A DNA stretch of 54,308 nucleotides from a virus (Duplodnaviria; Caudoviricetes): positions 1-54,308 of IMG/VR virus record IMGVR_UViG_3300037991_005364; one strand, given 5' to 3'. Numbering within the stretch: the first letter of the stretch is position 1; each line of letters begins with the position of its first letter. Under the pieces are notes generated by a model. The model worked only from the letters and a program-made list of their open reading frames with translations. It searched no databases and was not told where the DNA came from. This document shows positions 4,422-14,900 of this stretch, in pieces. The translations under genes and the position numbers were made by a program.

Positions 4422-5183
4422 ATGGCAAAAGGATTTACAGTAAAAGCAAAAGCGCCCGCTAAACCAAAAGCAGCAGAGCAAGAGTGGGACTATAATAAAG
4501 CAAGAGAGATGCTTAAAGGAAAGACAGTAGTCTTCTGTCTTCCTGGTCGTGGAGTATCATATACGTATCTTAAAAACTTTGTGCAACTTTGTTTTGATCT
4601 AGTACAGTGTGGTGCTAGTATTCAAATTTCACAAGACTATAGTTCAATGGTGAACTTTGCACGTTGTAAGTGTCTTGGTGCAAATGTATTGCGTGGACCT
4701 CAGCAAAAACCATGGGATGGTAAATTGAAGTATGACTATCAGTTGTGGATTGATAGTGACATTGTGTTTAACACTGAGAAATTCTATCAACTGGTGTTAA
4801 TGGATAAGGATATTGCAAGTGGGTGGTACATGACCGAAGATGGTCAAACTACAAGTGTTGCACATTGGATGGAAGAAGATGATTTCCGTAATAATGGTGG
4901 AGTGATGAATCATGAAACTGGGGAGACTATTTCAAAGCGTCGTAAACCATTTACTGTAGACTATGCAGGATTTGGATGGTTGTTGATTAAGAATGGAGTC
5001 TTTGAACATGAGGGTATGCCTTATCCTTGGTTTGCACCAAAGATGCAAGTCTTTGAATCTGGTGAAGTACAGGACATGTGTGGAGAAGATGTATCATTCT
5101 GTCTTGATGCAAAAGAAGCAGGATTTGAGATTTGGTGTGATCCTCGCGTTCGCGTTGGTCACGAAAAGTCTCGCGTAATCTGA
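4422..5183 (+). CDS. GT-A fold glycosyltransferase-like protein
   Basis: LWIDSDIVF (DxD motif), GFGWLLI, GEDVSFC and VRVGHEK motifs. Confidence 0.75.
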   Translation: MAKGFTVKAKAPAKPKAAEQEWDYNKAREMLKGKTVVFCLPGRGVSYTYLKNFVQLCFDLVQCGASIQISQDYSSMVNFARCKCLGANVLRGPQQKPWDGKLKYDYQLWIDSDIVFNTEKFYQLVLMDKDIASGWYMTEDGQTTSVAHWMEEDDFRNNGGVMNHETGETISKRRKPFTVDYAGFGWLLIKNGVFEHEGMPYPWFAPKMQVFESGEVQDMCGEDVSFCLDAKEAGFEIWCDPRVRVGHEKSRVI

Positions 5184-5187
5184 TATT

Positions 5188-5346
5188 ATGGAGGAGAAGT
5201 ATACAATTCTCCATAAGGGGAAAGTACTTTATAAAAACTTGACTAAAGATAAGTACTTTGATATTATGGAAGACCTTTCAATTGAATTTTATCAGAAAGG
5301 TTCTCCACGTTCTCAAGACCTTGAGACAAAAATTACTAAGTTCTAG
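5188..5346 (+). CDS. Small hypothetical protein (52 aa, not in the ORF track)
   Basis: MEEKYTILHKGKVLYKNLTKDKYFDIMEDLSIEFYQKGSPRSQDLETKITKF; fills the gap between its neighbours. Confidence 0.7.
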   Translation: MEEKYTILHKGKVLYKNLTKDKYFDIMEDLSIEFYQKGSPRSQDLETKITKF

Positions 5347-5357
5347 GAGTTATTATT

Positions 5358-5510
5358 ATGGTAATGCGTTCAAAGATTGGTGCTCTTGGTAAAGAAGGGT
5401 TTATGCCTGGAAAACCAAAGAAGACTCGTCAAGGGTCCGGAAAAAACACGAAGTATGCCGCTTCTTCTCGCAATAACGCTAAGAAAGCATATCGTGGACA
5501 AGGGCGATGA
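5358..5510 (+). CDS. Small basic protein ending in YRGQGR (50 aa, not in the ORF track)
   Basis: AGGAG RBS at 5345-5349; ...KPKKTRQGSGKNTKYAASSRNNAKKAYRGQGR. Confidence 0.8.
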   Translation: MVMRSKIGALGKEGFMPGKPKKTRQGSGKNTKYAASSRNNAKKAYRGQGR

Positions 5511-5537
5511 TTAAATAGACCAGTTACATCGTTTTGA

Positions 5538-6212
5538 ATGGCTTGTCTTATTACTAATCTTCCGTCACAAGAAGTATGGGTACGTAAAGAATATTTGACT
5601 GACCATCAAAGTGGACATGGTGAATTTGTAAAAGGCGTTTGGGTATCGGCTAAGTCTATACCTGGACGCACTTTTTATTTTGAAACTTATTTACCAGAAT
5701 ATGCGGCAATTTATGATAAATTACCGATTTCCGCTTTCCTCTCAGAACCAGAAACTCCTGATCCTGATATGGATTTACCTAATTTACAATTCTGGAACTG
5801 TATGGACTATGGTGTCGTTAGTATAGATAAAAAATTCATTGGTTCAATGGACTTTGAATGCTATACACGCGACTTTGGTATTCAGAAAGGTACTTATGTT
5901 TGTACAATTGATAACTATCATCATGATCCAGACTACGTAGACTGGGCAACAAGTGAAAATCCTGCTGAACATAAGTCTCATAACCTTATTGAATTGAATA
6001 ATGGTCAATATGCACTCTATCCAAACAATAGATTGCGTATTTTTGACAATAGTTTGACACCTATGGAACCAAAAATGCCTGATTTTAAGGTTTCAACCGA
6101 ATATTATCAAGTAGAAAATGGATTTGAACGACTTGGTATGGGTCGTGAAGACGAATATCACTGGAAAACAGCAAAAGAACGCCAACAGGAGGAAGAAAAT
6201 GGAACCAACTAG
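5538..6212 (+). CDS. Conserved hypothetical protein of marine T4-like phages
   Basis: 224-aa ORF with VWVRKEYL, LQFWNC, EHKSHN and YALYPNNR motifs; late-promoter-like ATTAAATA upstream. Confidence 0.8.
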   Translation: MACLITNLPSQEVWVRKEYLTDHQSGHGEFVKGVWVSAKSIPGRTFYFETYLPEYAAIYDKLPISAFLSEPETPDPDMDLPNLQFWNCMDYGVVSIDKKFIGSMDFECYTRDFGIQKGTYVCTIDNYHHDPDYVDWATSENPAEHKSHNLIELNNGQYALYPNNRLRIFDNSLTPMEPKMPDFKVSTEYYQVENGFERLGMGREDEYHWKTAKERQQEEENGTN

Positions 6213-6330
6213 TGACTTTTTGGACAATTTAGCAGCAAAACAGCATGAAAAACTAATTCGTGAGGTCGTTGGTGATAATAAAAACACCGATAAAGACGAT
6301 GAACCTCAAAATTTGACTGAGGAAGCGTAA
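6199..6330 (+). CDS. Small hypothetical protein (43 aa; start at 6199)
   Basis: AGGAGG RBS at 6187-6192; MEPTSDFLDNLAAKQHEKLIREVV...LTEEA. Confidence 0.6.
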   Translation: MEPTSDFLDNLAAKQHEKLIREVVGDNKNTDKDDEPQNLTEEA

Positions 6331-6392
6331 AATAAATACTGATAGGGATAGCAACCCCTCAAAAAGTTCTGTTTTTATAAAACAGGAGCAAA

Positions 6393-6536
6393 ATGGCAAA
6401 GTATCATGTTGATAGAGATACTGAGTACATGTACAAAATGTGGGGAACCACTAGTTTGATAACAGATTATTGGTGTAAACCACATAAAACCAATGATATC
6501 CCTGAAGAATTGACTGAAAAGGAAAGAAAACAATAA
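6393..6536 (+). CDS. Small late protein (47 aa, not in the ORF track)
   Basis: AATAAATA at 6331-6338; AGGAG at 6384-6388; MAKYHVDRDTEYMYKMWGTTSLITDYW... Confidence 0.7.
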   Translation: MAKYHVDRDTEYMYKMWGTTSLITDYWCKPHKTNDIPEELTEKERKQ

Positions 6537-6551
6537 TTTTCTGATATAAGG

Positions 6552-6559
6552 TATAAATA
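6552..6559 (+). promoter_or_regulatory. T4 late promoter TATAAATA
   Basis: Exact consensus just upstream of gp25. Confidence 0.85.
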
Positions 6560-6582
6560 AATCTATAGAAAATACACGCTCA

Positions 6583-6984
6583 ATGCCTACTAAGAGGGTT
6601 TCTCGCGCTTTTAAGGATATTAGTTTTTCATTTGACCCACATCCGGTGACGAAGGATCTTCCTGTATTGATAAATGAGCGTTCAATCATCAGATCTATTC
6701 GTAATTTAGTTGAAACCATTCCAACTGAAAGGTTTTTTAACTCCAAATTGGGTTCCGATGTGCGTAAAAGTCTTTTTGACTTTGTTGATGTCGGTACTGC
6801 AAGTGCAATTCGTGTTCAAATATTGAATACAATCAATTTTTATGAAGATAGAGTAGAAAATACTCGTGTTCAAGTGGACCCAAGACCTGATGATAACAGT
6901 TTTGATGTCATAGTCTTCTTTGACATCGTGGGACAAGACCTCCCATCACAACAGTTTTCATTCATATTAGAATCGACAAGGTAA
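6583..6984 (+). CDS. g25: Baseplate wedge subunit gp25
   Basis: FKDISFSF..HPVT.D, SIRNLV.T...ER.F...LGS; precedes gp6. Confidence 0.93.
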   Translation: MPTKRVSRAFKDISFSFDPHPVTKDLPVLINERSIIRSIRNLVETIPTERFFNSKLGSDVRKSLFDFVDVGTASAIRVQILNTINFYEDRVENTRVQVDPRPDDNSFDVIVFFDIVGQDLPSQQFSFILESTR

Positions 6985-6987
6985 AAT

Positions 6988-8907
6988 ATGCCTTTTACAC
7001 AGTTTACTAATCTTGATTTCGATCAAATCAAGACTCAAATCAAAGATTATCTTCGTGCAAATTCAAATTTCACAGATTTTGACTTTGAAGGGTCTAATTT
7101 TTCTGTCTTGATTGATACTTTAGCATATAATACGTATATTAATGCGTTCAATGCTAATCTTGTCGTAAATGAATCATTTTTAGACGCAGCAACAGTACGT
7201 GAGAATGTTGTTTCTCTTGCTAGAAATATTGGTTATGTACCACGCTCTAAAACTGCCGCTACGGCGAGTGTAACGTTCTCTGTCCCTACTGATACTAACA
7301 GTAGTTTTATCACCCTTACAGCGGGTCTGGTGTGTACTGGAGCGTTTAATAACACAGCTTATCGCTTCTCAATCCCAGAAGACATAACTGCTCAGGTTAT
7401 TGACGGAAAAGCACAATTTGGTACTGCTGATAAACCAGTTAAAATTTATCAAGGTTCATCACTTTCAAGGCAGTTTTTAGTCAATACATCAACTGATCAA
7501 AGATTTATTATTGATAACCCCAATGTTGATTCTTCAACGATTAGAGTATATGTAAAGGGTATTAATGATAGTGGACTTGGAAGAGAATATCGTAGAGCAG
7601 ATAATATACTAGAAGTAGACAAAAATTCTGAAATCTATCTTATTCAAGAGATTCAGGATGAAAAATATGAACTCTTGTTTGGTGATGGTTACTTTGGAAG
7701 ACCATTAGAGAATAATGCTATCATTACCGTAAGGTATATTATTACTGAAGGTAAGGCAGGTAACGGTCCATCACAATTTAACTTCCAGGGTAATTTTGTA
7801 GAGACCGAAACAACCCAGTCAAATCAACCTAAAAGATTAATTCCAGACGATACAATTAACGTAACTACCATTCAGAAGGCGATAAACGGTGGCGATATTG
7901 AGAATGTATCTTCTATTAAGTACTTTGCTCCCAGACTCTATGCAGCACAGTCTAGGGCGGTTACAGCAAGGGATTATGAGGCAATCATTCAATCAATCTA
8001 TCCAACTACCGAATCTGTAGCAGTTGTTGGTGGTGAAGAATTAAGTCCACCAAAGTTTGGTACTGTTCAAATCAGCATCAAACCAAAAAATGGTACATAT
8101 ATTTCAGATTTTGATAAACAAAATATTTTAAATAAATTGAAACAATATGCTATTGCAGGTATCAATCAAAATATAATTGATCTTAAGGTTCTTTATGTTG
8201 AGATTGATTCTTCAATATATTATAACAACAATCAAATTTCTAATGTTGATGATTTGAGAACTAGCATAATAGATGCATTGTCACTCTATTCACAAGATGT
8301 TGATATTAATAAGTTTGGTGGAAGGTTTAAGTATAGCAAGATGCTTCAATTGATTGATAGAGTGGACTCTTCAATTACTTCTAATATAACAAAAGTAAAA
8401 ATTAGAAGAGACCTGAGAGCACTTACTAATCAATTTGCACAGTATGAATTATGTTTTGGTAATAGGTTCCATGTAAATCCAGAAGGTTTAAACATTAAGA
8501 GTACTGGATTTAAAATTGCAGGAAATTCTTCAACAGTATTTCTCACTGATACGCCTCAAACTACAAAAACTGGTATTCTTTCCATTGTAAAACAAATGGG
8601 CAATGGAGAAACAATAGTTGTTAGTAAAGATGCTGGAGTTGTTGATTATCAGAAGGGGGAAATTATTTTAAATACAATTAATATTGTAGAAACTTCTCTT
8701 CAAGATAATATTATTGAGATTCAGGCATTTCCAGAATCAAATGATATTGTTGGATTAAAAGACTTATATCTTAGTTTTGATGTTTCCAATAGTAGAATAA
8801 ATATGATTAAAGATGTTATTGCATCTGGTGAAGATATTTCTGGCGTTTCTTTCACAAGAGATTATTATACTTCAAGTTACTCAAACGGAGCATTAGAGAG
8901 GAAATAA
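6988..8907 (+). CDS. g6: Baseplate wedge subunit gp6
   Basis: LDFDQIK..FTDFDFEGS..LAYNTY..NESFLD.A..R.NVVSLA..IGYVP; RAVTARDY. Confidence 0.95.
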   Translation: MPFTQFTNLDFDQIKTQIKDYLRANSNFTDFDFEGSNFSVLIDTLAYNTYINAFNANLVVNESFLDAATVRENVVSLARNIGYVPRSKTAATASVTFSVPTDTNSSFITLTAGLVCTGAFNNTAYRFSIPEDITAQVIDGKAQFGTADKPVKIYQGSSLSRQFLVNTSTDQRFIIDNPNVDSSTIRVYVKGINDSGLGREYRRADNILEVDKNSEIYLIQEIQDEKYELLFGDGYFGRPLENNAIITVRYIITEGKAGNGPSQFNFQGNFVETETTQSNQPKRLIPDDTINVTTIQKAINGGDIENVSSIKYFAPRLYAAQSRAVTARDYEAIIQSIYPTTESVAVVGGEELSPPKFGTVQISIKPKNGTYISDFDKQNILNKLKQYAIAGINQNIIDLKVLYVEIDSSIYYNNNQISNVDDLRTSIIDALSLYSQDVDINKFGGRFKYSKMLQLIDRVDSSITSNITKVKIRRDLRALTNQFAQYELCFGNRFHVNPEGLNIKSTGFKIAGNSSTVFLTDTPQTTKTGILSIVKQMGNGETIVVSKDAGVVDYQKGEIILNTINIVETSLQDNIIEIQAFPESNDIVGLKDLYLSFDVSNSRINMIKDVIASGEDISGVSFTRDYYTSSYSNGALERK

Positions 8908-8910
8908 AAT

Positions 8911-11900
8911 ATGTCGCATTTTGAAAGAAAGTTGCAAATCAATAAAATTATTGAGAGTCAACTTCCAGAATTTTTAGTTGCCGAATTTCCAAAAGCGGTA
9001 GATTTTCTCAAGCAATATTATATTTCGCAAGAAAGTCAAGGTTCACCTGATGATTTAATTAGTAATCTTGACAGATATTTAAAATTAGATAATTTAATTC
9101 CAGAAGTTATTATTGGAAAGACCACTCTTTCTATTGCCATTCAACCTTCAGATACCACAATTACAGTATCTTCGACAAAAGGTTATCCAGAAGAGTATGG
9201 TCTTTTAAAGATTGATGATGAGATTATTACGTATACATCAAAAACTGATACTGAGTTTTTAGGATGTATTAGAGGATTTTCTGGAATTGATGGATATAAT
9301 AATAATATTGAGAAAGATTTTTCTAATGTAAACAAGCAGACAGTAAATTTTTCAGATACTAAATCAAGTTCTCATATTCAAGGGAGTAGTGTATCTAATT
9401 TAAGTTCACTATTTTTACAAGAATTTTATCGCAAAATTAAAACTGCATTTGCTCCAGGGTTTGAAAATCAAAAGTTTATTTCTGATTTAGATGTAGCAAA
9501 CTTCATCAGGCAAATTAAAGATTTTTATCAAAGTAAAGGTATTGCAGAATCTGTAAAAATTCTGTTTAAAGTTCTTTATGGTGTTCAAGCAGATGTTATA
9601 GATCTTGAAACACGACTGATTAAATCATCTGGTGCAGAATATATTAGAAGAGAAGTTGTTGTTGCTGAAATTATTTCTGGCAATCCATTTGAACTTGAGG
9701 GTCAAGCGATTTACAGATCTCTTGATGATTCTACAATTCCCATCGCTACAGCGTCTGTATCTAATGTAGAAGTTTTTACCAGAGACACAAAAACATATTA
9801 TAAACTTGAACTTTTTGTAGGATTTGATGACAACTCAAGTTTTGAAAATTCTTTCATTGTACCTGGATTCACTAAAGCAATAGAATCTGCTGCAATAGGT
9901 GCAGATATACTTACTGTAGATTCTACGATTGGTTTTAATGACTCTGGAACTATTGTTTCAGGAAATAATACTATTAACTTTACTTCTAAAAGTATAAACC
10001 AATTTTTTGGATGTACTGGTATTACTGAAGCAGTTAATGTAACTGATGAAGTTAGATCTGAAGTATTTGTTTATGGATATGGTAATGGAGATTTAGAAAG
10101 AAAAGTAAACATCCGTTTGACAGGTGTTTTAAATAATTTTGTGGAGATTGATGATGTCTCACTTCTAGAAGAGGGAGAAGAAATTAGAATATTATCTACT
10201 GGAGAAGTAATTCAAAATCCAGAAGTATATACTTCTTACAAAGAAATTTTTGCTAATTCCTGGATTTACAATACAAGTTCAAGATATAATGTTAAAAAGA
10301 TTGAAGGTTCAACATACACATTATATTCCAAAATTGATAAATCAAGTTTAAAGATTGGAGATATAATTGACATACTAGTTGGTAGTTCGGAAACGGTAGT
10401 TGCTAGTAATGCCACAATTTCATCAATTAATACTACACTTAATCAGGTTATAGTTAGTAATATAGACACTTCTTTTAATCCAAACCCTCTCGTTGAGTAT
10501 AGTATTAGAAGAAAAATTGAAAAAGTTACAAGCTCTAATGTTGACTTAGTTTTAGGGAACGATAAGTATTTTGCCAATATTCAAAATGTATATTGTGATG
10601 ACAATTCAACATTTGGATATGTTGCATCACTTTCTTTACCTGAATATGAAATTGAAGATTCTTTGATTGAATATGAACTTTCAGATGGTACAGTGGATAA
10701 TTTTGGAGGATACAGTGATTTTAGTAAATCCTATTCAATAATAAAATTTTCATCTACCATAAAATTTATTGATGGTGATAGAGTTAGATATACTTCAGAT
10801 AAACCGCTTAAAGGTCTTAAGTCTGGAGAATCATATATTGTTGATGTAATTCAACCCAATAAAATTAGACTTTACATTTCAAGTTCTTTATTATCATCTG
10901 GAACTGATTTTATTGAGTTTAGTCCAAATTTAGATACTGCAGCAACACATAGATTTACATTAATAACTCAGAAATCTAGAAAAATTTTACCATCACCAAT
11001 ACTGAGAAAATATCCCCTCAATAAAGTAATTACAAACTCGGATAGTTCAGACAGAGGAACTTTACATATTGGACAATTAATAGATGGTGTACAAATTTTA
11101 AGTCCAAAGTCCAATGATAAAATTTATTATGGACCGTTGACAGATTTTGAAGTTTTTAATGGTGGTATGAATTATGATATGATTAATCCACCACAGTTGA
11201 GAATTACTACTGGTGTAGGTTCATCTGCTCTTGTAGAACCAATTATTTCTGGTTCGGTTTCTGAAGTTTTAATTGACCCACAGGACTTTGATATCGATGG
11301 AATTTCTGCAATAACGTTACAAGGTGCGAATGGCAGTGGATGTATTTTAGAACCTATCATTGGAGATAGATTCAGAACATTGGAGTTTGATAGTAGAGCA
11401 CTCCAATTAGGTGGTGGTATTGATAGTAATGATGAAACAATAACCTTCCTCAAACCACATAATTTATCACAATTTCAAAAAGTATCCTACAATTCAAATG
11501 GAAATAATGAAATTGGTATCGGAGATTTTCAAGATCCTTCAAACAGTCTTGATAATAGACTTGTATCTGGAGATGAATACTTTGTTAGAATAGTAAACAC
11601 TTCAACAATTAAACTTTTTAATAATATCTCAGATGCCTCTTCAGGTATTAATACAATTGGATTTAGCACAGCAACTACAGAAAGTGGTATACACCAGTTC
11701 AGAACTATTCCTACACCAACTCTGAAAAAAGTAAAAGTCATAGAACCAGGTTCTGGATATCAACACAGGAAGTTAAGAATAAAATCCTCCGGAATATCCA
11801 CCCAGTATGATAGATTTACTTTTAAAAATCATGGATTTAACAATGGTGATATTGTTGAATATTCTACAGAAGAAACAACTGAGGGTAATCAATTAATTGA

Positions 11901-14900
11901 TGGACTTTCAACAAACGTTCAATATTCAATTCAAAAACTTGATGATGATAATTTTAGATTAATAAACGTTGGTGCAGGAGCAACTCTCACTAATGATTTA
12001 ACAAGATCTAGATATACAGAAATATCTGGTATTGGTTCTGGATATCATGTATTCCAATATCCACCAATTACAGTAACTGCAACAGTTTCTTTTGGTTCAA
12101 CATTAACTGGTAATCTTAATTTTACACCAATTATTACAGGACCAATTGTAGATGCTTACATGTATGAATCTGGTGCTGGATATGGTTCGACTGTATTGAA
12201 TTTACAGAAACAACCTATTGTTAGTATAAAGAATGGAAAACTTGCACAACTTAATCCAATAATATCAAATGGTAGAATTATTGAAGTACAAGTACTTGGT
12301 TCTGGAAAAGAATATTTTTCTACTCCAGAGTTAATTGTTGAAGATGAATTTAACGTTGGTTCTGGTGCAATTTTAAGACCAGTAATTGTTAATGGGAAAA
12401 TTAATGATGTAATCGTTATCAATGAAGGTATTGGTTATAATCCAGATAGCACAACTATCAGAGTAAAACCAAGAGGTTCTGGTGCAATTTTCAATACAAA
12501 GATTAGAAGTCTTTCTGTAAATGATGCGGAAAGATACGCTGAAAGTTCTATTCTCAAAAATCAAAAAATATTTGGAATTTTAAAAGAAAATAATACAGAA
12601 GATGGATTAGAATATTCTATTTTGGGATATTCTGAAGATTTGGCAGGTGTTTTTGATGATAAAATAAACAGCGAACACTCTAAAATTATTGGTTGGGCAT
12701 ATGATGGCAATCCAATCTATGGACCATATGGATACAAAGATGCTGATAATGTTCAGTCTGGTCCCACTTTACTTACTCCTGGATATTCTTTAGATTCAAA
12801 TTCTGTTTTTGATAGACCAAGCACATCTATATTTGCACCGGGATATTTCATTGAAGATTATAAGTTCGATAATAATGGAGATTTAGATGTTCATAATGGA
12901 AGATTTTGCAAAACTCCAGAGTTTCCAAATGGAATTTATGCATATTTTGCAGGTGTAACAACAAGTTTAGTCGTAAACAAACTTGTTCCACTTTATCCAT
13001 ATTTTGTTGGAAATACATTTAAATCAAAACTTGATCAAGATAATTTATACTTAGATCAGACATTTGACTTTAACAATTCAAATCTAGTTAGAAATGTATT
13101 CCCATATAAAATCGCTAGTGAAAACGCAGATTATGATTTTATTGATGAGGGGTATGAAACTTTTGCACAAAAAACTTTTGTTACCTCTGTCACTAGAGGT
13201 TCTGTAGAAAAAATTGATATTTTTTCTGGTGGTAAAGATTATCAGGTAGGTGATATAGTCAATTTTGATCAAACTGAAACTGGTGGGTCCGGACTATCGG
13301 TTGAAGTATCTGAACTCATTGGTAAAAATATTACAGAAATTGATACAGACTTAGATCAATACGCAAATTCAGTTTTTGTTAGAGACAGTCAATTCCAAGT
13401 ATCTGCATATTTTGAAAATGGATTTGATGTCAATAATAATGAAAATATTCTTATCAGTGGATTGACAACATCTATTGCAAATTTAAAAGGTACGCATAAA
13501 GCAGGTATTTCTTCAGATACTATTAGTCTTGCAGCAACAATGAGTTCTTATACCACAAATGGTGGTATAACTGAAGATATTTTTATTGATCAATTGGCAA
13601 ATATTTCCATTGGTAGTACTATTGTCATTCACTCTGATGATGGCAGTATTATAACTGATGAAACTGTAAGAGTTTTAAACAACTACAATAATGGCACTAT
13701 AAAAGTTAAGAGATTTGGAAACGCTGGTGTTGCTCATACTCTGAGTAGTGAAGTTAATTTAATTCCAGATAGAATTAAAATTCAAGCAAAAACTCCATCT
13801 TTTAAATCGTCGCGTTCTAAATTAGTTTATTTTAATGCGAATAATGCAGTTGGATTTGGAACCACTACTAATGGTGCTATTGAAAAAACTATCACTATTG
13901 GTGGTGTAGATAACCTGGTTAAAATTCCAACTAGAACAATCTATGTACCTAATCATGGATTTAAGACTGGTGAAGAACTTAGTTTCAGCATGAATGATAG
14001 TGCTGTTACTGCCGCTGATGTTCTCATTGTTTCAGACGAGTCAGATTCAACTCAGTTTAATCTACCAGAAAATAGAGCAACTGTAGCAACTGTATATGCA
14101 ATCAATAAGGGTCAAAATTATATTGGACTGACTACCACAGTAGGTCTTTCAACATTTACCGATGGACTTTATTTCCGTAGTGGTGGATCGAATAATGCAG
14201 AATACTTACTTAAAAATAATCCAACACAAATTACTGGCGATGTTGATAGACTTATCACTACTGTTAGTACTTCTTCAACACATGGATTGAGAAATAATGA
14301 TGTAATTACTCTTGATGTAAAACCAAATACTATTGTTGGAGTTGGAACAACTGCCGCAGCAACTGTAGTATTCAAAGAAGATACAAAATCATTATTAATC
14401 AATCCTATTGGCATCAATTCTGATGCTATCAATATAGCATCAAATACAATTACTCTAACCAATCACGGATTTGAAACTGGCGAAAAAGTTTATTATGAGA
14501 GTATAGAAGTTGCATCAGGATTAACTACAGGTTTATATTATACTATCAGAGACGGTAGAAACACATTTAGACTTGCAGAAACTTTATATGAATCAAATCC
14601 AAAAACAGAAAAAGTAGTTAATATTGTTGGAACAGGTGCAAGTATTCATAGTTTTGCTAAAGTAAATCCAAAGATTGATGTTATTAGAAATTCTGATATT
14701 CAATTCCTTTTAGGAGATCCTTCTCTGACTGAATATAATTTTAAGATTTTCTATGATGAAAATTTTGAAAATGAGTTTATAACTTCATATGATGACACCA
14801 ATTTTAATGTTGAAAATATTGGTGTTTCTGGAGTTGGAACTGCATCTATAACCTTAAGGTACTCGGAAAATATTCCATCAAAACTTTTCTATGCAGTAGA

